Positions 9,601-23,039 of a stretch of DNA of 64,000 bases are shown piece by piece. How positions within the stretch are numbered: the first letter of the stretch is position 1; each line of letters begins with the position of its first letter. The notes beneath the pieces were generated by a model. It was not told the origin of the DNA. It did not search any database and saw nothing but the letters and a program-made list of their open reading frames with translations. The stretch spans positions 2,728,001-2,792,000 of the forward strand of contig CP154954.1 in assembly GCA_039621445.1 (NCBI GenBank), written 5' to 3'. Made by a program: the position numbers and the translations under genes. Source of the DNA: Euglena gracilis (taxonomy: Eukaryota).

Positions 9601-12600
9601 TCCTCTGCAGACGCCAGAGGCTGGCAGTAACTTATTCTCAGCCTTGGCGGAGAGAGGAGAACCGGAGACCCTTTTTTGGTTTTCTTTTTCGGTTTCCCCC
9701 TTCATTTTCGACCCGAAGTGGTCGACAACGCGATGCCGACTGTTTCTGACCGTTTCCAACCGCACAAAATTGGAAATCTAGGTGACATTTGGTGGACGTT
9801 GAAGTGACCATGGTCATCGCACCTTGCACCTTGCTTTGATCCAATTTATGCCTTTTCTCTTTAATAGCGATGTCACATTTCTCCCGCCGAACAACCTCAG
9901 TATGGGCCATGTGGGCACAAACGGAGGGAATGGTTGACATTGTGGAAGACACAGAAGACCCTGGTGCGACGTTTGATAGTTCTCAAAAATGCATCCATCA
10001 CATCTTGATGATTTTCCAACCCTTGCCCCAATTGCCGTGGCATACAGGCTTCTTTTTAAGGGTGCCCAGGTACACCAAAGGGGGGGGGGCTAGACTCGCT
10101 CTAAGCCTTGGATTTGGAATTGGAGGCACAGGGAAGGAAATTTTGACAGAGGGACACTATGGCCATGGGTGCTTGGCAATGGGAAACGTGCCCTTTTTCT
10201 GAACCCGAACCAGCGCAGCCACCCCCTCGCAGCGGAAGGGGACGCAGCCCTGGACCGGAAGGAGGAAGCGAGGCGCATTCGGATGGCCTTGCTCTTCCCA
10301 CCGCCTACCGACCTGACGGGTGTGTGCTGTGTCACCGCCCCTCCTCAATCTCATGTGCACCGCACAGCATGGCTCAGATGGCGCAACACTGCCCAGGGAG
10401 GCAACGTTCCAAATGCTCATTTGTTTGTCCCCGAATGGCGGCGACCCTGTGTCTTTTGGCGTTACTTACAGAAATGGTACACATCTTTCGGCCTCAGCCA
10501 AAAAGACAGGATTTTTGTCCACAATCACAGCTGACTCCCCCCAGCTCTTTGGCCGACTCTCCACCAGCATCCAAATGTAAAGACCCCTGACCCCTGATTC
10601 CCCTCCCCTGACTGGTTGCAATGAATTTAACTGACACAGCAGAAAGAAGAGACTCTCCGAACACAGGGAGCCCCAAAATATTAGCAACCCTGAAGCCCAA
10701 CTTTCCAAAACGTTAGCAGCCGGCTGCCAGTGCTCAGGGGGCTTTAGTTTGATTTGGGGTCGCATTTTTGGCCAATGGGTAGGGACATATAATGTGAATC
10801 CTGTTCCCAATTTTTTTGGGAAATTTGGAGAATTTTTAGGGACCGAGTTGAAGTCATGGCCAGATGTATGTGGGGTTGCCTAGACGGAATTATAGGACGA
10901 GTTTGGGCCCTGTTTCAGACCAGAGTTAGGCCGAATTTAAACAAAATCCGGGCCATATTCCCGCAAAAGGTCAATGTTCTCCCCGGCCTGGTGCTTCACG
11001 CCGGGCTGAAAATCGGTTGCCATGGCCATGCCGCTGTCCCAGACCTCTGTTTAGTGTGTATAGGCAATTTTTTTTTGTGTATCGGTGTGTATCGGCAAAA
11101 AAAATTGTGTATCGGTGTGTATCGTTGATCCACACTAAACAGAGGTCTGCACTGTCCCCCCATGAACCCCCCCCCCCCCCACCCCGCCCCGCCTTTGGCC
11201 TCAACTCCCACTGAGCTTGTACGGCTGCTGTTAGGTGCGAATTCTGGTGGGCCCCCCACAGGGATGGTGCTGGACGAGGCGGTGCTGCGGCACTTTGACC
11301 TGCTGGAGGTGTCCACCCCGCAGCCGGGGGTTTGCTTAATTTCCAAGCCAGGGGTTATTTTTTAGTCGTGGCCCCCCGGGGGGGGGGGGGGGGGGGGGTC
11401 TGGCCGGGCCCCCCCCCCCCCCAGGGGGTCACCCCAGGTGGGGTCACCCCAGGGGGAGTGGGATAAACTTTTCGGCGCCGAAGGCGTCGAAAATTTTTGA
11501 AAAAGTGCTATTTTTGGTATTTTTTCGCGATTTTTGGATGGGTTCCCCCCCCCCCCCCGCCCCCCCCCCTCCCCCCGGCCCCCCCTTGGGGGGGTTGTGG
11601 GGGGCCCCCCCCCCCCCCCCGCAAAAAACCAACAATGCTGGCGCCCCAACCGAAACAAGGGCGGGTTGTGACCGATTCGGGCGCAAGCGCCGGCTTTCCC
11701 TCCGCGCCGCGTGTGCACTCCATTTAAAAAAAGGGCGCGGTCTTGGAAACAGGCCTTTTTTGCCCCCCCCTGCTCGCGCTGCACCTTCAATTGGGTTCCA
11801 GCGCCGGAAGGGAATTGACCTTTTTGGGGGGTCCCCCATTGGTGGGAATAAAACCAGGGCCCTTTTTTTTTGCCAATGTTTGCTCAGCTTTTGTTCTATT
11901 TGCCCGCAGCTTCGGACTTGCAGCATTGAGCCCTGCGGGCCACCCAGCGCAGGGCCGGCTGTGGAGCTGCCCGGTTGCCCCGCAGAAGCCACCCGGGAAC
12001 GGGAGGGGCGGAACGCAACGCGCTTTTTGCATTTTTTTTTTTTGCATTTTTTTGCATTTTTTTTTGCATTTTTTTGTGTGTTTTCAATTTCGGCAAAATG
12101 TTTCCTGCGCCTTTTGATTTTTTTTTTGTGTTGCGTTTTTCTTGGGTCTGTGTTGTGTTTTTTCCCCCATACTGGGGGGATTTTGAACAGGAAAATTTGT
12201 TGTGGGAAAAATTCTTCCACGATTTCTCCCGCCATTTTTAAGGATCCACCCAAGGATTTTTCCTGGAAAATTTATGAACATCCAATGTCCTCAAGTGAAT
12301 GCTCAAAAACCTCTCTCGTCTTCGGCGCTTCGCGCCGATTTTTGGAGTATTTATGCTCCAAATCACTTGTTTAGAATGTGGTCATCCTTCAACAGGGGGG
12401 GGGGGATGCGCCCCCCCTCCCCGGTGCAGCAACGCCGCCCTCGCTGTCTTGGTGTGTGGGGTCAGGGCTGCAAAAAAATCCCCAAGCCCCACGTTTGGTG
12501 CCTATGGTTGGTGTGGTTGGGGGGGGGTCGACCCCTCCCATCCAGGGCCAATTTTTTCGGTCGAAGATTTTCTTTGGCACCTTGGGTGTCGAAGGAATTT

Positions 12601-15600
12601 TTCCTTGCTGTGCTGGGACCGGGGGAGGGTCGACCCACCCCCACCTTCTGGGTGGGAAGTCGACCACCCATGCCCACCTTTTGTTTACAGCTTTGGTGGG
12701 GGGTTGACTTACCTCCCCGACAGATTGGGACCCCAGAGCCATCCAGGCAGGAAGTAGTAACACCGAAGGTTTGTTTTTTTTGCATTCCACAATCACCAAG
12801 CATTCGACAGCCTGTGCGAACCCTTCGGGTTCAGCCGCAGAATTGTTGTGTGTGTGGTGTGCAACATGTCCCCCCCCACCAACCGTTGCGTTTGGGTTTC
12901 AGGATTGTGACAGGGTCGTTTTCGTTGGGGCTTGCTTGAAATCGTACTCGTACTCATACTTGTTCAGCTGGAAGTTGCATATGTTCATTTTTGGACGATT
13001 TCACACTAGCGTGGTTCAACAATGAAAAACAAGTGCATGCACCTGGGCAAACCAACATTTCATTTTTGCGCGTTTGCACCACGCTTTTTGGTGTAACATT
13101 TTTTGGTGTTTTCCTTAGTTTTTCTGAAAACGCACTTGCACTTGTACTTGCATTTGTGCATCGCTCCGTTCAACGTTTCACCGCCATTGTCAATGTCCGG
13201 CTCCTCATTGCATCCGGTCAGGGGTGGTCTAATCGGCACACGTTTCCGTTGGGGGAGGACAGAGCCCTGGCCAGGGAACTGCTGGAGTCCTATTTCGTGG
13301 ACGTGCCGTGGGCCGCCGTGGGCCAGGCCGAGGCAGCTTCAGCCACTCCCTTGGGGCTGAGCGACACTTGGTTTTACACCCTAGATAGGTAGGCGTAGGT
13401 TTTGCCTCAACTGTTTTGAAGCTTTCCTAAACTTTCCTGGTAAATGGGGTGGTTTTCTGTTGCCACCAAGTTGGCGCTACAGCCTGAGGGGGCTCTATTC
13501 TCCGGGTAGGGGGGTCCAGCCAGCCAAGGGTCTTTTCACAGTGCCAGACACCCAATCCGGGGAGTGTTTTTCCATTTCAAGCATTTCCCGAAAGTTTCCG
13601 AGATTCAAACCGATTCAAATGTGAGATTCCTAAAAAACATTGCCTCCTAAAAAACATCCGGTTGGGTCATAAATGGCACAAACGGAAAGCACAAGCGTGC
13701 AACTGAGGCGTGATTTATGCCTAACCAGTCCCAGCCCGGTCCACCCACCGTGGGGGTCCACCTGCCCCTCGCCTTCCAGCCCGCGGAGCACCTCGCTCCT
13801 CTCGCCTCCCTCCTCGACGAGGCCGGGGTGATGGCCATGGCCTGCCGGAACCCCCAGCCTGAGGGTGGGCGAAACAGCTGTGGGGATGCAAATGGAAATT
13901 GCGATGATACGTATAACTGCGTGCGCATCGTACCCCCGGAATTTGGCCTTTGGACTGGTCTCGCCAATTTGACCCCCCCCCCCCCGTGAGGTTCTCACCG
14001 ATCATGATGATGTTGTCTCTTTGGGCCCGCAACAGCTGACTTGTCACGTTGTAAGGTCCACCACTCGGCCTTCTTCGGTTGACAACGAGGCTTGTACCAG
14101 CTGACTCTCTGGGGAGGGGGGGGGCAGGTTGGTGCGTAGTTGGCCCTTTTCGGCTAGAATATGCCCAAGGATTGCTGGCTAACTTTTGTGCTGCTTTTTG
14201 AAATACCAGTCAGGGTCCCTGACTGAATTTTTAATGAATTTTTGAAAATTGAAAAATGTTCCACTCTTGTCCTCAGGGTTATTATTTCTATATTATTTTG
14301 AGAGTTTTGTACAGGTCTGAGGGGGTCCAAACCCCCCTCCAGGTCCCCACTCTAAGTTGTTGAGCCGTATCCGCCGGCGGTTGGTTTTGTTTCCCAAAAC
14401 TGGTTCCCGACCTCCATGGTGAGCATTCCAAAAATTTTTTTGGCATTGCCTGCACTTTGTATATCAAAAAGATTTCCTGGCGCTTTGTGCTGGAAGATTT
14501 TATTCAAAAAGTCATGTTTCCACGCATTTTTTTAATTCGAAGAATGGGCCCAAAACATACAAAATTTTTCTCCGAAATTTGTCCAACGAAAAGTGCGGTG
14601 AAAATTCTTTTTGTCACCAGGGAGGTTCCGGATCCCCGCTCGGGTTTGAAGGGGGCAGGGCGTGGGGCAGCCCAGAGGCTGGAAGCTCTGGGCTGTCTCT
14701 GTGTCTGAAAATGCTGCTGGCTGCGCCCCTCCCCCCCTCGCCCCCCCAAAAGGTCTTCCAGCTGGTGCTGGCCCCATGGGGTTCAAATGAACCCGGAACT
14801 CAAAAATCGAAACCGAAGAGATTTCCCAAAATGGCCAATTATGAAAAATGGATTTTGCGCCCAAAATTTGAGCTGGCGAGCCCTTTTCCAACCCATTTGA
14901 TCCCATACTTAACCCATTTTTACACCCCTGCATGGCAAAAATTTGTTGCCATTCATCCGCCCTTTGTGCGGCTGCAAAAAAATTAAACTCGCTGATGGGG
15001 GAGGAGGGCTTCAAAGCACGAAAAAGGTGGTTCAATACTTTTGGGAATAATTGTGTGATCAATTTTCTCTTTTTTTGCATTTGCATATTTGAGAGAAGCT
15101 TTTTTTTTAGTAGTCTGTTGGGATGACCACCATAAAATGGTTGAAAATGTCAAAAATGGCGTTGAAAAAGGCCAATGGCCCCCCTGAAATGGGGGGCCAT
15201 GGGCCATTGGGGGGCCATTTTAAACAGCCCAAAGTGAATTAAAATTGACGCTAGATATTGATTTTGATGATGCGGCAATAAATGGACAAAAGTTGATAAT
15301 GCTTGGTCAAAATGGTCAAAAAATGGCCAGAAAGGGCCGATAAAAGGGGGGAGGAATGGGGTCCCAACTCACCCCCCTCCCTGTCATCTAATATCCTGCC
15401 AGTCCTGCCCGAAAGTTGGCCTCTGTGCCTGTACTCACCAACCTGGCTTTATATTTTTATTTAGCAGGTTTGCCTCCCCCTCTGTACTCGCCAACTGTAT
15501 GGGCGCAGAGTACGTGTTTAGATACACCTGTCAACGTATGCACACACAGAAATGAACGTGGGCACACAAATATGTGTCCCCCCCGCCGAAACTGTGATCC

Positions 15601-18416
15601 CCGAAAACCTGTTCGGCGACGACTTCCAAGGGGGGGGGTGGGGAAGAGGTCGACCAGTGGTTAGGGAGCCCATGGGAATGGTCCACCGCGCTCTGTTCGC
15701 CATCCCGCGGCTGTTCGACAAAGACGCGGGGGAGGTACGGCGCCTGCTGGAGGTGCTGCGGACCGACCAACGGAGGGCGTTGGGTAACGGTGCCGGGCCT
15801 TGCATTGGGACTCCTTGGTTTGTGTCGCGTGGCGGATATTTTACAAACAAGGCCTCGTCCTCACCCTGCCTTTTGAGGAAGTTTTGATGCCTCGACTATT
15901 TTTTGGGCGGGCGAATAATCTGGGATCATAACTCGAAAAGGAACGTTATTTCCCTCCAGGCGCGTTAAATGATGGGGGTTTTTGTTTGTTTGATTGATTT
16001 TTAGAATCGGCAACAATAATAGGAAGAAAGCGTTCCACTTTGCGATTTGGCTGTCGACCCGAGGTTTTATTGATTTTGACTTTCTGTCCCCAGAAAATTC
16101 GCACATATTGGCGCCGACCAAACCATCTTCACACCCCCTCTTTGCCCCGACAATAGGCAACCATTTGGCATTTTTTGTTTCTTTTAAAGTTAATAGGAAA
16201 AGACACTGATATTTCCTTTGCTTTTGACATTGGCCGACCTCGTCTTGTGCCCTGCAGACACTCTCCTGCAATCCAATGGAATCCGGGTGGGCGACGCCCT
16301 CAACGAGGTACCCAACATCCTGAACATCGAGCTGCCGACGCTGCAGCAGCGCCTCAAGTACCTGACCGACCTGGGGGTGGACGTGGCGGTCCTCAACGCA
16401 ACTCCAGCGGTGTCTCCATGCACACATCCCGCCATCGTTCACCCCCCGTTCAACATCCATCTTGGAAAAGTCAAAAAGCACGCTTCCCCTCAAAATGGCA
16501 AAATTTTATATTATTCTTTATCTTATTATTATTAGAATTATTATTTATTAGTATTATTATTTTATAATTTTAATTTTTGTTGTTTTTGTTGATGATGATG
16601 TTGTTGTTATTGTTGTTGTTGTTGTTGCTGCTACTGCAGCAGCTGTTGTTATTATTTTTAGGTTCCTTTGTTTATTTGAGAATCAAACCGAATCGTATTG
16701 GACCCGAAAATCGACCACCAAAAGTGGGTCCCCCCTCCTCCCTCCTCCCCCCAGAGGGTGGGTGAGTGGGTCTGGACCCCCCCCCTCTCCCCCGGGTCCC
16801 AAAAAAAACTTATGTCTGCAAGTTGATTTGGGGGGTCCGCCGTATCTGCCTGGGGCCACCCGATCAACGGCGCTGCTGCGGCCCAGCTACTACGTGGCGG
16901 CCGTCGCCCGGCGCCTAACAGAGCTCGGCCTGGCCGCGCCGGCGGTGCTCGCCGCATCGCCGCAGGTGCTGGTGGAGGACTGGGAGGCGGGCGTGCTGCG
17001 GCGGGTGCGGTACCTGCCCGGGCCCCCCGCCATCCCCATCTGCCTGCCTGTGTGTGGGCCCCTCCGAGTGCCAGCGCAGAACGGGAATTGGCCAGACACC
17101 CAGCCCAGCCCAGGGTGGTGGGCCCCACCTCCCGTATATCCGGGAGCACCAATTTTCGACCCCCCAAAATTTTTCCCGGCGCCGAAGGCGCCGGGTGGAT
17201 TTGTCAAAGAAATCTGTGGAAATGCTGTGGTGGGAGGTGGGGGGTGGACCCCACCCCACCAGGCCTTCCCATTCTGCCCTGCCGAGAGGTTTGGTGCCTG
17301 TGGTCAGGGGGGCCGCATGTTCCCCCTCAATTGAAGCGCGGGTGCGCTCATAGTGGACCTCTGCCTCCAGCACCACCTGTCTGATTTTTGTTGATTTCCT
17401 TTCAGAATTACTGTCAAAATGCGGGTGTGCTTGAGTGAGCCGTTGCCTTCGGTGGCGGGGGGGGGTGCTTTTATTTTGACACTGCCCATGCTTCTATTAT
17501 GAGGGGCGGGTTTATGAGTGGCATTTTGCAGCTTTGTGTGTTGGCGCGTTGGACATTTGTGTGTTGCGTGACACATATGTTTGTACGCATGTTGCACACA
17601 GGGAAAGCAACGTATTCTCAAATGATGGTTGCAACACATGAAACCATTAAACGACATGAGATGTTTGAGGGTGGCTGAGCAGCGTTGCCTCCGGTTTGCT
17701 GACAAACAAATCGGGTTTGGAGAAAAGAAGCGGCGGCCTGCGTTTAACAAAGAAAATCGGGGCCCCCAGTCAGAGGCCTCCTGTGCAAAGGAATCCTCCC
17801 CGCAGGAGACTGCCACGCAAAGCCCATGCACGTCCCCTGTCATTTTCCCCACGCATGCGACCCAAAGTTTGGCATTGTTTATTGGTTGCAGTACTTCATA
17901 ACCTTGCAGTATTTCCCACACTTCCCCAAAATCAAAGTTGTTTCTGTTTTTTTTTTCCCTTCCCAACTGTACCCCATCCCATTTACCCCCCCCCCCCTTG
18001 CCCACTGACCACCCCTGGACAACGACCCCCCCCGGTCGAGGGTTGCAGGTAAGGGGGTGCCTACGACCACCCCCTTGGTCGGGGGTTGTGGGAACCCGGT
18101 CGATAGGCAAGGGGGGGGGGTAAGTGCACGGGGTGTGCACATTATTGGACCGACGTTTCGGACCCTCATGGGTGTGATACTTATTTGGGCAACCGCACAC
18201 CAGTTTGGGCACCGCGCAATTAAATGGGGCAGTTCACTCCCAAAGGAAGATTCCAAACACGGAGTGGCATATTTTTTTGTGTATTCATATAAGTCGTATT
18301 TGTGCACACATAATTTGTATTTGGAGCCTTCACCAAACGTGTGGTTTTTTTGAAGTGCAGTTACTTGACTGCTTATGGAAGGTGGCATCAAAGTGGCAAC
18401 CTGCGTAATAATAATA

Positions 18417-18478
<62 letters not shown>

Positions 18479-18479
18479 C

Positions 18480-18514
<35 letters not shown>

Positions 18515-19756
18515 AATAATAATAATAATAAATGATGCTGCTGCTGCTGCTGCTGCTGCTGCTGATAATAATTATAATAATCAGAATGGGCTTTTGGTCT
18601 CCATCAGACCTGCCCCTCAGCACAAAGGAGCATGCCGACAAAACGTGGCCCTTTTAGCGAGGAACAAATCGATAAACTGCCAAAACTGGTTGAACAAAAA
18701 AAATGGGGACTGTAAAAAGGGTTGAACATTTGAATTGTTCAAGGATTGAACGGACTCCTCCCAAAAAGACCTCCCCACAAAACACAACCGCGATGCGCAT
18801 TCCAGGGAAGAATTAAAGCGTTCCGCAATTTTGAGGATCTTTGCGATTTTGAGGATTTTTTTTGAAATTTTGCTATTTTTGCATTCTTTCATTGAAATAT
18901 GAGGCCCAAAAAACTTCGAGATTTGCCAAACCCTGATCTCAATCTGTCTAAGAGCCGAGCATAAAAATATATGTACATACATACATTACTCTTTTTGCTG
19001 TTAGTTGTTGTATTTGTATGAAAAGGGTGGAAGGGGCTCAAAAGGATTGTTCTTCTTCTGGTATTTCAAAAGGACTGGTGCATGCTCATCTTCAATTGAA
19101 TGGCAGATGAGAATTATTGAACTTGGAAACAACCAAAACTTTGGGTTGATCTTTTGAGAACAAATTTCTAAAATGAAAACCTTGCAATTAGCGCCATTGA
19201 CAGCAGCAACCCCCTCCCCCCCGATGGACACAGCAGGTTTCTTGCTACATCTGATGAATGAATTGCCAAATTTAGCACCCGAGGCCCTCTGACCTTGTCT
19301 CTGCCATCAACGGCTTCCCGGCCTATTTGGGGCTGCCGTTCCGGTCCGTCATCCGAGCGCGGTATGAGTACCTCCGGCACCTCGGCCGGCCGGGCCCCCT
19401 CCCCCTGCGGACGGTGCTCCAGCCCGCCGACCTCGAGTTCGCGCGCCGGGTGGCGGACTCGACGTTCACCCAGTCTGTGTCTGTCCGTCTGTGTCTGAAG
19501 TGCCGATATGCATTCTGTTGTGAGACGGGGCTGAAAGGTGCAGGTTGGTGACACTTAATCCACAATCAACAGGGCTTCGACGCACCTATTGTGGTTAGAC
19601 CTATGTATTTTTTTTTAGCATACTCACACCCACATGCCTGCACCCTCTCCCACCCACCCATCCACCCACACAGACAACCGCGCATGCACGCGCGCACCCC
19701 CCCCCACAGACTTGCATGAGTGCGCAGGCACGCATGCATGAGGGCGTGCACACGCA

Positions 19757-19788
<32 letters not shown>

Positions 19789-20274
19789 CACACCTGTGCA
19801 CACGCACAAACACAAACATACATGCGCGAATGCACAAACAAACACACACGTATGCAATATGTAATATGTATACGTAAAAGAATGATGCATTATTTTTCAT
19901 ACCTCCAAATTTGTGTGTCATACCCAGCCCAAAGCCTCGATTTCAGGCAATTTTACACTATTTTTGCCGTTTATTGCCCAAAATGTCCGCCTTGACAGAG
20001 TCACTGCCACCACAACCAGCGTTGCAGGTCCACCATGTGTCGCTCCATCCTCCATGCTCTGTACGGTATATATACCGACACCCCACACATACGCACCCCA
20101 CCCCGTATTGCACACAAAGCACACTATCGCGCCTACGCGCGGACTGTGGCCGAGGCGTACATGACGTGGCGGTCCAAACGCACGTGGCTGGAGGAGGCGC
20201 CGCCGCCCCGCCCCCGGAAGCAGCGCGGCCGGCCCCCGTTTGCACTCGTCGGCGAGCCTGTCCTGCCCCGCTGA
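6684..20274 (+). CDS. mTERF: mTERF-family protein, probably plastid-targeted, multi-exon (copy 1; possibly damaged near 11.9 kb)
   Basis: Exons read ELPTLQQRLKYLTDLGVD (16258-), PQVLVEDWEAGVLRRVRYL (~16850-17017), FPAYLGLPFRSVIRARYEYLRHLG...QPADLEFARRVADSTF (~19303-19467) and EAYMTW...stop (20152-20274), resembling mTERF repeats and the mTERF C-terminus. N-terminus has two hydrophobic segments followed by QWGMATAT. Not all exons are resolved. Confidence 0.75.
8273..8723 (+). other. Nonconventional intron consisting of a TIR element (copy at 42498-42942)
   Basis: gacCAGGGTGT ... ACGCCCTGcccct, with CAG at +4 and CTG at -8. Removal gives in-frame LRLTGR-G-QRAQWGMATAT. Confidence 0.75.
10320..11261 (+). 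other. Conventional GT-AG intron of the mTERF gene
   Basis: ACG G|gtgtgt ... cccacag|GG ATG joins PTDLT-G-MVLDEAVL in frame. Confidence 0.8.
11040..11149. mobile_element. Minimal hAT-like MITE (80-bp copy at 44780-44859)
   Basis: 19-bp perfect TIR CAGACCTCTGTTTAGTGTG; TSD CGCTGTCC/CACTGTCC, perfect in copy 2. Confidence 0.92.
18407..18565. repeat. (AAT)n/(GAT)n/(GCT)n compound microsatellite (copy at ~54508-54655)
   Basis: Direct inspection. Confidence 0.95.
19468..20151 (+). other. Nonconventional (euglenid-type) intron (copy at 55561-56243)
   Basis: TTC|accCAGtctgtg ... cgcggaCTGtggcc|GAG: Y|R at both ends, CAG at +4..6 pairs with CTG at -8..-6 in a 9-bp stem, and the join reads ADSTF-EAYMTW. 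Confidence 0.85.
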
Positions 20275-23039
20275 CCGCGTTCCACTGCCAGCATGTCTGC
20301 CTGGACACCCGCATAAAAACATCCTATTAAGGGTCTGCCTCGCTTGCCACGTTTGGCACAAATAAAATTTTTTCACTGCCAGCTCGTGACCTGCATACGA
20401 CACCTTCCTTCCCGCCTCCGTCGGCCAGGTGAATCCAGAAAAACAAAATCTGCGACCCCGTCAGGATTTTTCAATTCCTTTGAAAGCTGTTCCCCTGTTT
20501 TTTTTATTTGCGTTCTGCTGAAAATAAACTTCAAAATAAAAATACCCTCAAGAATTTTACACGAATACATGCTTGCCAAGACGGAATGGTGCAAGGCATA
20601 ATACCTCCAGGGATGTCAGTTCAAAGATGACAGACCTCAGCTGTTTAGGCCTCCCAAAGCCTCGGGGTTAGATATTCTGTGGGTTACAGGGGGGATTGTG
20701 GGGACTTTTTGGGATGACGAGAGTCGGAAAAGGCAGTTTCCCACCGGTATGTGGACAGTTCGCCCAACGCAGCAACCGATATTTGGCTGAGCGAAAGGGG
20801 CACAACATTTCCCCAAAGTGAACCAAACGTTTTTCTTTTTTGGCTTCTTGGGCCAAAAAGCTATGGGCAGGGTGATTGTATCGGCAACGTCGGCGAAAAA
20901 AAAAACGCTGCAACGACCGGAAAAACACTTTCCTACCCTCAAATCATGATTGGATTAAACAATGGAAGGAATGGACGGGAAATAGCAAATTAACTCGTTT
21001 TGTGGCCAGAATTCTGTATCCAGAAACATATGGATGGAAATTTTTATATTATATATAATATTAATAATATATAATATCAGATATTAATTTTTATAAAAAC
21101 ATGGAAATTTCTGACAAATAACATTTGCATTCATACCCCGAGGTCCAGGTGCCACCCCCTCCCTCGGCAAGGGATGGCAAGCAGAGGTTTTAAAAAAGAA
21201 ACAACAACAACTCTGGTCTGAACCAGAAATGCTACGGGCGAAAGCAGAGCCCTCAACACGCATGGGCGGTACTCTCCGACCCCAGCTGTGGCACCGCAGA
21301 CCACCTCACATCACCGTGGTGGTATCTGTGGAGGACAGGGGTTTTTCTTTTTAGTCTTGGACCCCCGGGGGGAGAGGGGGGTAGGGTGGGTGCGTGGCCG
21401 AGCCTCCCCCCTGGGGGGTCCGCACAGGGGGGGGATATACCTCCCCCCCCCCTTGTCTAAGCACCACCCTTGTCTAAGCACCACCCCCCCGGTTCTTACC
21501 CATCTTTTTACAGGTCATCGTCACGGGGAGGTTTATTTTGTGTGCATTTTTAAGGGAAATTTCTCAAAAATTTCGAAATTTCTGCAACTTCTGAGACCTG
21601 ATTTGGTGAGGTATTGTTGATTTCTGCATCCAAATGTGTGTAAGTTCAACAGTGCACCTTCAAATTAAGGGGAATTTTTCCTTTTCGGCGCGAAGCGCCG
21701 GATTTTTTTTGCAGTCAAATTTTTCCCCCTTGTCTAAGCACCGCCCCCCTGGTTCTTACCCATATTTTGGCAAAATAAGCACCACCCCCCTGGTTCTTAC
21801 CCATCTTTTCCGGTTCTTAGACAAGGGGGGGGGGAGGTACTTTTCGGAAAGCGCCGAAGGCGCCGAAATTTTTTTAAAAAGGCGCTATTTTTAGTATTTT
21901 CCCAACTTTTTGGCCATTTTCCAGGAAAATTGAGTGGGTCCTCTGGGACCCCACGGGGGGGCCCCAGGGGGTGGGTGGGTGGATGTGGTCCCTTCCACTC
22001 CCTGCATCCGAGGCCCTTGGCAGAGACGGCTGTTCTGTGTGGCTGTTGACTGACCCCTCCTGTCCATGTCGACACGGCTCGAGATGAACACACTCCGCCG
22101 CTCCCCGGACCTTGGGACAGTGGACCTGCCTGCCTGTTTCTGGGCTGCTTGCATTGTCCCCAGAACAGCTCTCCCGCAGTCCTTTGCCTCAAGTTTCGCA
22201 TTTAATTAATTAAATTTTTTTTACTGTTTTATGTGGATGGATAATGGAACAGAATCCCAGAGAGTGGAGACGCCCAGTGTGACCCCCTGGTTGTTTTAAA
22301 AGTCATGCAACTTACCTCACAGGTTGCAGGTCATGGGGGTGTTATGACCCCCCCCCCCCCGGTCACAGGTTGCAGGTTGCGAAAAATTTAACACCACCGA
22401 ACTACGACCGCTCCCTCATTTACGACCGACCACCCCCCCGGTCGCAGGTTGCAATTATGGGGGTGTTACGACCCCCCCCCCCCGGTCACAGGTTGCAGGA
22501 ACCCACCCGGTCGTACGACAAGGGGGGGGGGGCGGGTAAGGACCGCCTTGGTGTGTGTGTGTGTGTGTGTCCCCCTCCTGTCTAAGAACCACCCTTGTCT
22601 GAGCATCACCTCCTGGTTCTTACCCGTCTCTTTAAAGGTCTTCTTGGGGAGGCTTATTTTGTGTGTGTTTTTAGAGAAATTTCTTGAAAATTTGGAAATT
22701 TTTAGAAATTTCCGAAGCCTGATATGATGAGATTTTGTTGATTTTTGCATCCAAATTCCTATGAGTGCAACTGTGGACCTCCGAATTAAGGGAAATTTTT
22801 CCTTTTCGCCGCGAAGCGTCGGAGTTTTTCGCAGTCGAAAATTTCCCTCTTGTCTGAGCACCACCCCCCGGTTCTTACCCATAGTTTGGCAAATATATTT
22901 TGTGCTTACCCATGTTTTCCAGTGCTTAGATAAGGGGGGGGGGAGGCAGGGTTCGATATAAGGACGGCACACGGGGTTTAGGTGGGGCTGTCACCCTCAC
23001 CCCTCCCCTCCTGTACCGGAGGGGGGTCCACAGTTTTTC

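Larger units (their letters stand above)
1..23030. repeat. Segmental duplication copy 1 (left end runs off the window)
   Basis: Position 1 acaattccacttttgg matches 34203. Colinear identity continues to ...ccggaggggggtcc at ~23029, which matches ~59360. Confidence 0.95.

Noticed and set aside
18330-18725. Poly-Asp/Met/His ORFs (also 54431-54808)
   Set aside because: Intronic (GAT)n microsatellite.
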